DNA of 64,000 nt, taken from positions 6,560-70,559 of the forward strand of contig JAHFEK010000005.1 of assembly GCA_023248495.1 (NCBI GenBank), in the 5' to 3' direction. The DNA is from Nitrospinales bacterium. GTDB lineage: Bacteria; Nitrospinota_A; UBA7883; JACRGQ01. The position numbers were made by a program, and so were the translations under genes. The notes beneath the pieces are model-generated. The model did no database searches. It was not told where the DNA came from and saw nothing but the letters and a program-made list of their open reading frames with translations. Shown piece by piece: positions 51,762-61,815 of this stretch. Within the stretch, counting starts at the first letter, position 1. Each line of letters opens with the position of its first letter.

Positions 51762-52699
51762 GATTCGGCTCCCCCGCACAAAAGGTACAACACCGCCATC
51801 CGCATCGCCACGCCGTGGGTCACTTGCGAGAGAATGAGGCTGTAGGGGCCATCCGCCACGTCGGAGGCTATCTCCACCCCGCGGTTTATCGGGCCGGGAT
51901 GCATTATTAACACGTCGGGCCGCGCGCTCTTCAGCACCTTCGCCGAAAGGCAAAAGTGCTCGCTGTATTCCCGCAGACTGGGGAACAGGCCCTGCTGCAT
52001 CCGCTCGGTCTGGATGCGGAGCATCATCACCACATCTTTATCCGCCACCGCTTCGCGGATGTTGTGCGTCACCTTCACGCCCAGCGCGTTCACGCCGTGC
52101 GGAAGCAATGTGGGGGGGGCGCACACGGTTACGTCGGCCCCAAACATCTTCAGCGCGTTGATGTTGCTGCGCGCCACGCGGCTGTGAAGGATGTCGCCGA
52201 CGATGGCAACCTTGAGGTTTTCCACCGAGCCTTTTTTTTCGTGAATGGTCATGAGATCCAGCAGCGCCTGCGTGGGATGGGCGTTGGCGCCGTCGCCGCC
52301 GTTGATGACGGAGCAACCGGCGATTGTCGCGGCATAGGCCGGCGCGCCGGGGCTGCCGTGGCGGATCACGATGGCGTCCGGCCTCATGGCGGCGATGTTC
52401 AGCACGGTGTCCTTGAACGTCTCGCCCTTGGTTACGCTGCTGGAACTGGTGGAAATGTTGATCACGTCCGCCGAGAGCCGTTTCCCGGCGATCTCGAATG
52501 AAGTGCGGGTGCGGGTGCTCGGTTCGTAGAAGAGATTAACTATCGTTTTTCCCCGCAGCGTGGGAACCTTTTTTATTTCGCGTTCTGAAACATCCTTGAA
52601 TTTGTACGCGGTGTTGAGCAGCCCCATGATCTCGTCCGCCGTGAGGTCGGCTATCTGGAGCAGGTGCCGCCCCCTGAATTTTTTTTCCACGGTCTCCAT
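51758..52699 (-). CDS. pyrB: aspartate carbamoyltransferase catalytic subunit
   Basis: STRTR, HPTQ, carbamoyl-P/aspartate-binding motifs. 313 aa. Confidence 0.93.
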   Translation of the reverse strand: METVEKKFRGRHLLQIADLTADEIMGLLNTAYKFKDVSEREIKKVPTLRGKTIVNLFYEPSTRTRTSFEIAGKRLSADVINISTSSSSVTKGETFKDTVLNIAAMRPDAIVIRHGSPGAPAYAATIAGCSVINGGDGANAHPTQALLDLMTIHEKKGSVENLKVAIVGDILHSRVARSNINALKMFGADVTVCAPPTLLPHGVNALGVKVTHNIREAVADKDVVMMLRIQTERMQQGLFPSLREYSEHFCLSAKVLKSARPDVLIMHPGPINRGVEIASDVADGPYSLILSQVTHGVAMRMAVLYLLCGGAES

Positions 52700-53241
52700 C
52701 AGGCGCCCTCCACCACCGTGGCGAGATCTTCGCCATCGGTCTCGGAAAGTTTCACCCGCACCCGTTCGCCGCGCGCGGTGGGGATGTTCTTGCCGATGTA
52801 GTCGGGGCGTATCGGCAGCTCGCGATGGCCGCGATCCAGCAGGACGGCTAGCTGGATGCGCCCCGGACGGCCGATATCCATTACCGCGTCGATGGCGGCG
52901 CGGATGGAGCGGCCGGTGAAAAGAACGTCATCCACAAGGATGAGCGTCTTGCCGTTAATATCGTGGCTGATGTCGGTGCGGCCGGCGTTGAGGTCGGGGC
53001 CTTTGCTTTGGATATCGTCGCGGTAGAAGGTGATGTCCAGGCTGCCGCACGGCACATCGACGCCGGTGATGGTTTTTATTTTATCCGCCAGACGGCGGGC
53101 AAGCGGCACGCCGCGCGTAATGATGCCCGCGAGGATAATTTGGGAACAGTCGGGATTTTTTTCAGTGATTTCGTGGGCCATGCGGGCCATGGTGCGCCCC
53201 ATCTCCAATGCGGAAAGAACGGTCTTGGCGGCGGCGGTCAT
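52699..53241 (-). CDS. pyrR: bifunctional pyr mRNA-binding attenuation protein / uracil phosphoribosyltransferase PyrR
   Basis: [22 protein letters not shown]...[21 protein letters not shown] motif [13 protein letters not shown]. Confidence 0.93.
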   Translation of the reverse strand: MTAAAKTVLSALEMGRTMARMAHEITEKNPDCSQIILAGIITRGVPLARRLADKIKTITGVDVPCGSLDITFYRDDIQSKGPDLNAGRTDISHDINGKTLILVDDVLFTGRSIRAAIDAVMDIGRPGRIQLAVLLDRGHRELPIRPDYIGKNIPTARGERVRVKLSETDGEDLATVVEGA

Positions 53242-53284
53242 GGCCGCGCTCCGGCGGCCCTTGGGGCGGTATGCATCGCATTCT

Positions 53285-53330
53285 CCTTTTGTGGGTCTCT
53301 CGGAACCCGTTTAAAAAGGTTTAATTGTTC
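53285..53330 (-). promoter_or_regulatory. candidate PyrR-binding loop in the pyrR leader
   Basis: Minus-strand RNA reads ...ACGGGUUCCGAGAGACCCAC..., resembling the PyrR binding loop core UCCxGAGAGG on a short stem. Confidence 0.35.
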
Positions 53331-53512
53331 GAAACGGGATTTTATCAGCTTTGACCGGGGCCGGCAACGAAAAGCATGGAGAAATTTTTCAGTATCCACA
53401 ACCCGCTGAAAATCCTGATGGTGGCAGCACTCTGGCCGGCTTCGCCCGGGTAGCGGCGGCACTCTTGCCGCCGATTGATTTAGGCGGCAGAGTGGCGGCC
53501 TCTACCGGGAGG

Positions 53513-53550
53513 GGAAATAAAAAGGGCGTCCCGTTTCCGGGACGCCCTTT
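53513..53550 (-). terminator. rho-independent terminator downstream of the 907-aa lipoprotein gene
   Basis: Perfect 10-bp GC-rich stem GGGCGTCCCG/CGGGACGCCC with a 4-nt loop, followed on the minus strand by UUUUUAUUU. Confidence 0.8.
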
Positions 53551-53582
53551 AAGAAGCGTTCTGTAACGCGGCTTGCGCCGGG

Positions 53583-56306
53583 TTATTTTTTCACGACAAC
53601 GCCGCCAATAACCGCGGGCGGATCGGTGACAACCGGTTCGGTGCCGATATCCGGCTTCGTGTAATCGGCATTAACCGGAAGCGTGTATTTGACCAACGTC
53701 GCCGTGCAACTTGCCAACGCCAGTTCAGGCATCCGCTGTTCCTGATCAAGCGCCTTCACGTAGTAGACGTTGGTGCCGTCGCTAACCGTTTCGCCGCTGG
53801 GGATGCTGAATTCGGGCACCCATCGCACATTCATGCCGCAGGTTGTGTCAACTCCCTTGTCGGGGTCGACACAGTGACCGGGGATCCCCCAAAGTTGGCC
53901 GAAACCGTTGTATTCAAGCTGGAACGGCACCGACGCGAACTTCGTATCGGTAGCGGCTGAATTTATGACGGTTGCGGTGGCCGGATAGGTGTATGAAACC
54001 CGCAGCGGTTGGTCGAATTTCACCGGCGTCGTCCCGTTGTACAGCGCCGTCAGGTAATTCCAGTTATTCCAACCGGTTTCCCATGTGTAGTAGGTCGGGA
54101 GCACTTCCCGGGCCTGCCACGTGCATATCTGGGTGGAATCCCAAGGGCAGGCAAGGAGTTTCAGGTAGGTCTTTCCCGAGGTTGGATCGACTGCGGCAGG
54201 ATCAAAAAGCGCCCCGGTATGGACGCCAAAATCCAGCGAGCCGCCCCACTGATTCGTCAGGTTGGTATTTTGGGTGGGCAGAGTTACCGCCCTGCTGTTG
54301 GCAGAGTCCGTCAGGGTGTAGGATCCGAAAGTATAGGTATGAGCCGTGACAGTGGCGGTGTTGTAGTTCTCCGTATAGAAGATTTTTGTGTTGGCTGTCG
54401 TGGATGCCAACGTACTGGCATCTGGGCAATCGTTGTAGCAGGAAAAGGAAGCGGGGGCCGTATCGCCAGGAAAGATCAGCGTATCCTGGTAATAGACAAT
54501 CGGTACGGTGGTCGGGCTGGTTAGGGCATTAGTGCAATTAAATGATTCTGCCGACCATGCAGTTCCATTAAATCCGCCGGTTTTAGAGCAACCATTTGCG
54601 GACGTTATCGTTGTAGTACCCACCACATCACCTATCAGCGGCAACTTGATCATCACTTGCCCACCAAGAGCCTGTGACCACATATTGAGTGTGCTGCTGT
54701 ATTGAAGAGCAGTCACATTGATGGAGGTGGGGTCGGTCGAGGTGAGGGCCGTATACCCGTTATTCCCCATCTTTTGGGTAATGGCGAACTTCGTGCCATC
54801 CCAATGCGCTTCGTAGTTGCCGCACGTCCACGTGGTACCGCTTTGCGTGCACTGTGAATAGTTCAGCGATACGTTCTTGATCTTGTCCAGCGTGGTGGTG
54901 TTGCGGGTATGCTTGGTGAGCTTGCCACCCGACTTCTTCACGGTGAGCGTGGTTTTTTGGGCCGTGCCGCTGGTCCAGTCAAGCTTGCTCACCGTGCTCC
55001 CACTCGCCACCGTTACCACGTCGGGGAACCACATGCCCCAGAAGCCAACGTAACCGTAGTAATCCACATTCGGCGTGACCGTCGTGTCGGTGTACAAAAC
55101 CGGGAATCCGGAGCTCAGGGTCTTGCGGGCGCCGAGACTGTCATAGAGGCCATAGCTCCAAACGCTGGTGAGGAACTTGGTCGGATCTTTGTCCAGGCAG
55201 ACGGGCGTACCCGTTTCAATGCCGGCGCTATCCAGCGCGGTGCGCTTGAACGACGCGGAGTCGTACGCGAAGCGCATCTGCTTATACGTCACGGAGGTGG
55301 GCATGGTGCTGCCGGTATACATGGAGTCGTAGTCGGGGAATTTCGCTTCGCCGGAGCCGGAGGTGCCATCGGCCGCCTTATAGAGGGTGGTCGCCTCCTC
55401 CATCGCCAGCGTGCCTTCAGTCCGGGTGTCATAAAACTGCAAGACAACCTTGCCGGTGGACAGGGTAACCGTCCGCAGATAGCCGTGCATTGTCTCCGTT
55501 GTGCCGAGAGTGCCGTCCTTATTCTCCGGATACGCCACAAAGTTCATGGTGAAAAGACCGTACGGGTTAGTGGTGGATATCGATGCTCCGATGAGAATCT
55601 TGGCCAGAATGACCACCTTGGTGTCGGCCTGGCCCGGCCCGCCGTTCATGGTTTCATGTATCCAGGCGGAAACCACTTGCGGGGAGTTGGCGTCGGCCCG
55701 GTTGGAAATAACAGTCCAATCCATATAATCCGGCGCGCCGTTTCCCGATGAATTGGTAGATCCATCCTTCGCCTTTGAAGCGCTATCCTTGGATGAGCTG
55801 CAAAGGTTCTTGTCGATTTGCGCCCGGTATTTCCCCTTATTGAGCATGTCGTCGTATTGCGTCTGGGAGATCATGCAAAGAATTTCGTTGGGGGTCTTGA
55901 GCGATTCGGCGGAGCGTTCATGCACATAGGTAAACGTCGGATCCGTTTTGTAGTCAACCAAGGATCCCCACGTGGTGGGAATCGTCCTGCTTCCAAGAAG
56001 GCCGTCCAGGGATTTAATGATATGCATCGCTTTGGGGGAGGCCGCCGATTTGGTGGAACTGACAACGCTGATTTTATCCGCAACCCCAAGCGAAGAAGTT
56101 GTGGTTCCCTGCGTGCCGGTGCCCGCGACCGGCGTGACGGCGGTTTCGCCATTCACCGTGGTAGTGGAGCCAGTGCCGGTGCCGCCGCCGCTGCTACCGC
56201 TGCTGCCACCGCCACTGTCACAGGCAACCAGGCCGAAACCGAGCACTGCGGCGAGCGCCAAATATCTAGTTTTTACCCAATACGATGACATGTCGTTTTC
56301 CTCCAA
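53583..56306 (-). CDS. large (907 aa) Thr/Ser/Gly-rich surface lipoprotein, function unknown
   Basis: Signal peptide plus lipobox (LVACDSGGGSSGSSGGGTGTG). Thr-rich beta-like sequence throughout. No catalytic motif seen. Strong terminator downstream. Confidence 0.6.
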   Translation of the reverse strand: MEENDMSSYWVKTRYLALAAVLGFGLVACDSGGGSSGSSGGGTGTGSTTTVNGETAVTPVAGTGTQGTTTSSLGVADKISVVSSTKSAASPKAMHIIKSLDGLLGSRTIPTTWGSLVDYKTDPTFTYVHERSAESLKTPNEILCMISQTQYDDMLNKGKYRAQIDKNLCSSSKDSASKAKDGSTNSSGNGAPDYMDWTVISNRADANSPQVVSAWIHETMNGGPGQADTKVVILAKILIGASISTTNPYGLFTMNFVAYPENKDGTLGTTETMHGYLRTVTLSTGKVVLQFYDTRTEGTLAMEEATTLYKAADGTSGSGEAKFPDYDSMYTGSTMPTSVTYKQMRFAYDSASFKRTALDSAGIETGTPVCLDKDPTKFLTSVWSYGLYDSLGARKTLSSGFPVLYTDTTVTPNVDYYGYVGFWGMWFPDVVTVASGSTVSKLDWTSGTAQKTTLTVKKSGGKLTKHTRNTTTLDKIKNVSLNYSQCTQSGTTWTCGNYEAHWDGTKFAITQKMGNNGYTALTSTDPTSINVTALQYSSTLNMWSQALGGQVMIKLPLIGDVVGTTTITSANGCSKTGGFNGTAWSAESFNCTNALTSPTTVPIVYYQDTLIFPGDTAPASFSCYNDCPDASTLASTTANTKIFYTENYNTATVTAHTYTFGSYTLTDSANSRAVTLPTQNTNLTNQWGGSLDFGVHTGALFDPAAVDPTSGKTYLKLLACPWDSTQICTWQAREVLPTYYTWETGWNNWNYLTALYNGTTPVKFDQPLRVSYTYPATATVINSAATDTKFASVPFQLEYNGFGQLWGIPGHCVDPDKGVDTTCGMNVRWVPEFSIPSGETVSDGTNVYYVKALDQEQRMPELALASCTATLVKYTLPVNADYTKPDIGTEPVVTDPPAVIGGVVVKK

Positions 56307-56534
56307 AGCTGAAAATAAATTGGTGGTCTTTGGTTCTTATTAAAATTAAAGTTTTTTTGTAAAATCACCCTCCTGCCTCATGGAACGTTAAACAACGCCC
56401 ACGGTGATACGATCACCCCTTTAGACATTGACAAATTCACTTCTCCAGCCTACGCCTTGATTGTACACCTAATCGGGAAATAGAGGAGGGACGGGTGGGA
56501 ATAAAACAGGTGGAGAGACTTTATCCGATTGTAT

Positions 56535-57350
56535 TTACAGGCGATAAAAGGCTATAAAGGCCGCCGTAAAAAGGATGGAAAGATAGAGCTCGGCGAAGCC
56601 AAGGGCGCGAAGCGCCGCCGGGGGTTTCAAATAAAAGTATAGCGTTGTGAAAAATCCGGGCAGAAATGCCGCCACCGGCAGTAATGGCGCGTTAAGTTTT
56701 TTCGCGATGACCAGCGCCACGAACGGCGAAAGGAAGGCCAACCCAAGGTTTTGCATAAAAACGGTCTTGAGGGTAACGGCGTGCTTTGCCGATTGTTGCG
56801 CAAGGGCGGGAATGAACCCCCCCAACCGAACGACACGGCGTGCCGCGGTCGATCGCTCCAACATAAAAAGGAGCGATAGCGCCCAAGGCGCGACATGCGC
56901 CGGATCAAGCGCCCCCGACACGGCAAACGCGCCGAGAAACGAAAGGGCGACCGAAAGGAATATCAAGCCGCCGAACTCGAACGCGGCGCTGCGCCCAAAT
57001 CCTTCCGCCGAAGCGGCCAACGCGATGGCGAACGCCAAAGCCAGCGCGCCATAAAAAGCGAGCGTCCAGGGGTTGGCCGAAACCGTGAAAAACGTGAAGG
57101 CAAGCGATACCGCCACGTAGGCGGCGGACCAGAAAACAATGTTGCCGTCCTGGGGCGCCCCCTTTTTCCAGCCTTTGAAAATGATGCGTGCCGGGGTATA
57201 GGCCATGAAACCGGCGAAAACCGACATTAACAGCGGAGCCATCGCCGCGTGATCCCCCTTCGCGCACCCGGCGCCGACGATCAACGGCAGGAAAACCCAC
57301 GCCCAAAGGCCATGCTCTTTCGGGAAAACCGGCTTGCGTATGTCAATCAT
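56535..57350 (-). CDS. polytopic inner-membrane protein (hypothetical, ~8 TM)
   Basis: Uniformly hydrophobic 271-aa ORF. No motif recognised. Confidence 0.5.
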   Translation of the reverse strand: MIDIRKPVFPKEHGLWAWVFLPLIVGAGCAKGDHAAMAPLLMSVFAGFMAYTPARIIFKGWKKGAPQDGNIVFWSAAYVAVSLAFTFFTVSANPWTLAFYGALALAFAIALAASAEGFGRSAAFEFGGLIFLSVALSFLGAFAVSGALDPAHVAPWALSLLFMLERSTAARRVVRLGGFIPALAQQSAKHAVTLKTVFMQNLGLAFLSPFVALVIAKKLNAPLLPVAAFLPGFFTTLYFYLKPPAALRALGFAELYLSILFTAAFIAFYRL

Positions 57351-57449
57351 GGGTCACTTTTATACCTATTGGGCGAGCCAAATGCAAAGACCAAACGAAA
57401 AATGCGATGTGATTTTTATCATTCCGAAATGCGGGTTCCCCTCCGGGTT

Positions 57450-58361
57450 TTATTTGAGCAGCGGGAGGGCGGCGGCGCCGATAGTGCCAACCTCCGCCGC
57501 AAGCGGCGAAACCGCAAGCACGACATCCTTCCCCGCCGTGCCGAAAGAATGATCCCGCACCCGCTGGAACGCCGAAGAAAAATAGATGTCCGGGGCGTTG
57601 GACAACGAACCGGTGAAAAAAATCGCCTGCGGCCCAAAAAGGTTGACGAGATTTACAAGGCCGTTCCCCAAATATTCCCCGGCGGCGCCCACGGTGGCGC
57701 GGGCCGCCCCGTCTCCCGCGCCGGCAAGTCCGCAGACCTCCTTGGCGCTTTTCTGAATGCCGGTTTTTTCCTTGTATACGCGGGCAATCGCCGTGCCGGA
57801 GGCAAGCGCTTCCAAACATCCCCGGTTGCCGCAGCCGCACAGCGGCCCCTCCGGCACGATTACCATGTGTCCCGCTTCGCCGCCGGAACCGATGTGACCG
57901 CGCAACAGTTTACCGTTGGCGAAAATGCCGCTCCCAATACCGGTGCCGAGCGTGATGACGATGAAATCGTCCATCCCCTTCGCCATGCCGAACACCCGCT
58001 CGCCGATGGCCGCCGCGTTGGCGTCGTTTTCCACGAACACCGGCATGCCAAATTCCTTCTCCAGTTCTTCCCCCAGCGGGTATTCCGTTTTGAACGGCAG
58101 GTTCGGGCTGAACACCACGCTTTTGCCCGAACGGCCCACCTGTCCCGCAACGGCGACGCCGATGCCAACCGGGGCGGGATGCCCCGCGTTGCCCAAAAAC
58201 CGGCGCAGCGTCTTTTTCAGCGCCGCGATGATTTCGTCCCGGGCGCGGGGAGTCTCCATCCGCTCGCGCCGGATGATGTTGTCCGGGCCATACATATCGA
58301 TGAACGAAGTGCCGGTTCCCCCAAGATCGATCCCAATCGCGCGGCCGGCAGCAGCTTTCAT
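57450..58361 (-). CDS. ROK-family sugar kinase (glucokinase-like)
   Basis: IGIDLGGTGTSF, ENDANAAAIGE, ROK zinc motif GHIGSGGEAGH...CGCGNRGCLE. Confidence 0.85.
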   Translation of the reverse strand: MKAAAGRAIGIDLGGTGTSFIDMYGPDNIIRRERMETPRARDEIIAALKKTLRRFLGNAGHPAPVGIGVAVAGQVGRSGKSVVFSPNLPFKTEYPLGEELEKEFGMPVFVENDANAAAIGERVFGMAKGMDDFIVITLGTGIGSGIFANGKLLRGHIGSGGEAGHMVIVPEGPLCGCGNRGCLEALASGTAIARVYKEKTGIQKSAKEVCGLAGAGDGAARATVGAAGEYLGNGLVNLVNLFGPQAIFFTGSLSNAPDIYFSSAFQRVRDHSFGTAGKDVVLAVSPLAAEVGTIGAAALPLLK

Positions 58362-58469
58362 AATGCGGTTATTCTACCTTAGGGGGCGCGGGCCGCGGAA
58401 ATATGGTTTATACGGGGGCCAATCCCTGCTAGAATTCCCCCTCAACGCCACATCAAAATAGGACAAAAC

Positions 58470-59534
58470 ATGAAAGTCGCGCTCATCACCGGCTCGGCCG
58501 GCCTTATCGGATCGGAAGCGGTCCGTTTTTTCGCCCAAAAGGGTTTTACCGTCGCCGGCATCGACAATGACATGCGAAAATATTTCTTCGGCGAGGACGG
58601 CTCCACCCGCTGGAACCTGCGGCGGCTGAAGGAGCAGGTGCCGAACTACGTTCACGTGGAAGCGGACATCCGCGACCAGCAGGCGGTGGAGCGCGTTTTT
58701 GCCGAATACGGCGGCGACATCGCCATCGTCATTCACGCCGCCGCGCAACCCTCGCATGACTGGGCCGCGCGCGAGCCGCTCACCGATTTTTCCATTAACG
58801 CCACCGGCACGATGATCCTGCTGGAAGCGGCGCGCCGCCACGCGCCAAAGGCTTCCTTCATTTTTACCTCCACCAACAAGGTCTACGGCGACACGCCGAA
58901 TTCCCTGCCGCTGGTGGAACGCGAAACCCGTTGGGAAGCGGATCCCGCGCATCCGTTCCACGCCCACGGCATCGACGAAAGCATGACTATCGACCACTCC
59001 AAGCACAGCGTTTTCGGCGCTTCCAAGGTGGCCGCCGACGTGATGGTGCAGGAGTATGGCCGCTACTTCGGCATGAACACGGCCTGCTTCCGCGGCGGGT
59101 GCCTCACCGGCCCCGGCCACTCCGGCGCGGAATTGCACGGCTTTTTGGCCTACCTCATGAAGTGCTGCCTCACCGGAAGGCAGTACAACATTTTCGGGTA
59201 CAAGGGAAAGCAGGTGCGGGACAATATTTACAGCCACGACCTGGTGAGCATGTTCTGGCATTATCACCAAAACCCCCGCCCCGGCGAAGTCTACAACGCG
59301 GGGGGAGGCCGGCATTCCAACTGCTCGCTTCTGGAGGCGGTCGCCATCGCCGAGGAAATCAGCGGCAACAAAATGAAACTCAGTTATGTGGACGAAAACC
59401 GCAGCGGCGACCACATCTGGTGGATCAGCGACGTGCGGAAATTCCGCGCGCACTATCCGCAATGGGAGTACACGCGCGGCATACGCGACATCATGGCGGA
59501 AATACATCAAGGACTGCGGGAGCGGCAAAGCTGA
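58470..59534 (+). CDS. NAD-dependent epimerase/dehydratase (extended SDR, nucleotide-sugar modifying)
   Basis: [11 protein letters not shown] Rossmann, catalytic Y/K region. 354 aa. Confidence 0.8.
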   Translation: MKVALITGSAGLIGSEAVRFFAQKGFTVAGIDNDMRKYFFGEDGSTRWNLRRLKEQVPNYVHVEADIRDQQAVERVFAEYGGDIAIVIHAAAQPSHDWAAREPLTDFSINATGTMILLEAARRHAPKASFIFTSTNKVYGDTPNSLPLVERETRWEADPAHPFHAHGIDESMTIDHSKHSVFGASKVAADVMVQEYGRYFGMNTACFRGGCLTGPGHSGAELHGFLAYLMKCCLTGRQYNIFGYKGKQVRDNIYSHDLVSMFWHYHQNPRPGEVYNAGGGRHSNCSLLEAVAIAEEISGNKMKLSYVDENRSGDHIWWISDVRKFRAHYPQWEYTRGIRDIMAEIHQGLRERQS

Positions 59535-59560
59535 CCCGCGCGCGCCGCGCCCGCATACGA

Positions 59561-60684
59561 TGAACATCCTCCTTCTCACCAACTACAAGCGGGGGGGCCA
59601 CCTCGGATTTATCACCCACCGCACGCTCACCCGGATGGGACACGCCGTCACGCTTGCCACGCCGCTGGCGTGCGACCTGCCGGAGGCGCTCATCGTGCCG
59701 GAGGACGTCGATGCCGTGGCGTTGGTGAACTCCCTCCCCGTGAAACCGGATCTTCTGCTATGGGTGGAAAGTTCTGTGGGAAACCGCTTTCTCCCCCGCC
59801 GCGTCCTCGAGGTGGATATTCCGACCGCCTGCTGGTTGGGCGACAACTACCTTAACCACCGCTGGCACAAGGAATACTGCGCGCTGTACGATTATGCCTT
59901 CTATGCCCAATTAGGCCGGATGGAATTGGCGCGGCGGATACACGGTTACAGCCACCTGCACTGGCTGCCGTGGGGGGCCGACGAGGAGTTCCACCGCGAC
60001 TTTCACCGGGAGCGCGATATCGACGTCGGTTACGTCGGTTCCATCATCAAGGACAAAATCCGCTTTTTCCAGAAGATGGAAGAAGGGGGCATTCCGGTCG
60101 CCTTTAACAAAACATTCCTAAGCGGGGAACAGGTGGGGGAATATTACTCCCGCTGCAAAATCGTCTATAACATCTGCGCGCGGTTCGACATGAACCCCCG
60201 CACGTTCGAAGCCTGCTGCGCCGGGGCGCTGCTGGTGCATCAGCGGGTGATCGACGAGGGATTTTACCGGATATTCACCCCCGGCGAAAATTGCGGCGTG
60301 CATGACTTCGACGACGCGCCGGACGTCATCCGCAAATGGCTTGCCGACCCGGAGGCGCGCGGCCGCGCCGCCGCGGCCGGGCAAAAACTGGTGCTGGAAA
60401 AACATCTCTACCGGCACCGGATGGAGGAACTGCTCGACACGGTGAAAGGGGGCGTGACCGGACGGCGGCGCGCCGAGGCCAGCGGCTACCACGGCCATCT
60501 GCGGGCGGCGCTTACTTTTCAACATCCCCACTTCCGGTTGCGGAAAGAGGCCGCGCGCGAGTTCAAAGCGGCCTTTGCCGTCAATTTTTCCGGAAGCGCT
60601 CTCTATCTTCTGAAGTATGCGTTCTGGCGCATTGTGGAAAAATTGGAAAAACTTAAATGGGAAATGGAAAAACGCCCCGTTTGA
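59561..60684 (+). CDS. CgeB-like / GT1-type glycosyltransferase
   Basis: Start taken at MNILLLTNYK (the upstream ORF-track extension overlaps the SDR gene). The C-terminal half resembles the CgeB/Glyco_trans_1_2 family. Confidence 0.5.
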
Positions 60685-60746
60685 TTCCCGGGGCGCGGCT
60701 AAATACATTGCGCAATATCCGGCGGGAATGATAATTTAATCCGCAT

Positions 60747-61697
60747 ATGCAACCGCGCCCGAAGGAAAATCCGCTCGTCAGCGTGGTTATCACCACCTAC
60801 AACCACGCAATCCTCCTTCGCCACGCGATCAAAACCGTGGCGGAACAGGATTACCGGCCGCTTGAAATTATCGTGGCGGACGACGAATCCACCGATGGAA
60901 CCCAGGCGTTGGTGGAGGGACTCGACAACCCGGCAGTGCGCTACTTAAAACTTAAACATAGCGGCTACCCGTCGGTTACGCTTGCGGAGGGGATAAAGGC
61001 CGCGCGCGGCGACATCATCATGTGCCTGGAGGGGGACGACCAGTACCTGCCCGGCAAAATCGCAACGCAAGTGGAATATTTGGCGGCACACCCCCTGTGC
61101 GACTTCGTGTTCGCCGACATTTACCATGTGGAGGGAGTTGAACGGGATTTCATTGTGCCCGATCCCGCGCGGCACGAAACCTACTTTTCAAACGTCCGGC
61201 CGCCAACCGGCCCGCTTGCCATCCGCAACTTTTTCCCCGTCCCCCCCGTCCACATCAATACGGTGGCCATGAGGCGGCGCGTAGTGGAAAAGGTGCTGCC
61301 CACCAACGGGTTCCGGTATATCTGGGATTGGGATTTTGAACTGCGCGTCCTGAAAAACGGATTTATCATGCAAGCCATGTTTGGCGTGGTGGCCGTATAC
61401 CGGCGGAACCGCAAGGGATTGAGCAGTTCCGTCCAGAGCATCTTGAAGGCCGCCGAGGAGCAGATGCGCCTGATAGGCCATTACCGGGACGACCTGCCCC
61501 CCGGCGTCCACGATGCCATGGTCGAGCGCTGGCGCTACGATTGGGTTAAACAGGCCATGAAATTCGATCAACTGCAATCGTTGGAAGGATTGCGGAAATC
61601 GCCGCATTTTCCGGCTTCCCCCATCTACCGGCTCAAGGCGGTTTTCTATCTGGCGCAAACGCGCGCCAAATACCGCTTTACGTCATGGAAACCGTAA
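60747..61697 (+). CDS. family 2 glycosyltransferase
   Basis: VSVVITTYNHAILLRHAIKTVAEQDYRPLEIIVADDESTDGT (GT2 N-terminal signature with DxD). Confidence 0.85.
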   Translation: MQPRPKENPLVSVVITTYNHAILLRHAIKTVAEQDYRPLEIIVADDESTDGTQALVEGLDNPAVRYLKLKHSGYPSVTLAEGIKAARGDIIMCLEGDDQYLPGKIATQVEYLAAHPLCDFVFADIYHVEGVERDFIVPDPARHETYFSNVRPPTGPLAIRNFFPVPPVHINTVAMRRRVVEKVLPTNGFRYIWDWDFELRVLKNGFIMQAMFGVVAVYRRNRKGLSSSVQSILKAAEEQMRLIGHYRDDLPPGVHDAMVERWRYDWVKQAMKFDQLQSLEGLRKSPHFPASPIYRLKAVFYLAQTRAKYRFTSWKP

Positions 61698-61815
61698 GAT
61701 GACCCCCACTCCCGCTCCCTGACCCAATTGCCAAAACGCCGCCCATAATCGTTTTGTGTCTCGGCGAAGCGGGATTAAGAACAGCGACGCCGTGAATAAT
61801 CCGGGATACTATAGA

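Noticed and set aside
57249-58382. 377-aa plus-strand ORF
   Set aside because: Antisense to the ROK kinase gene and the upstream membrane protein. Low-complexity Arg/Gly-rich translation.
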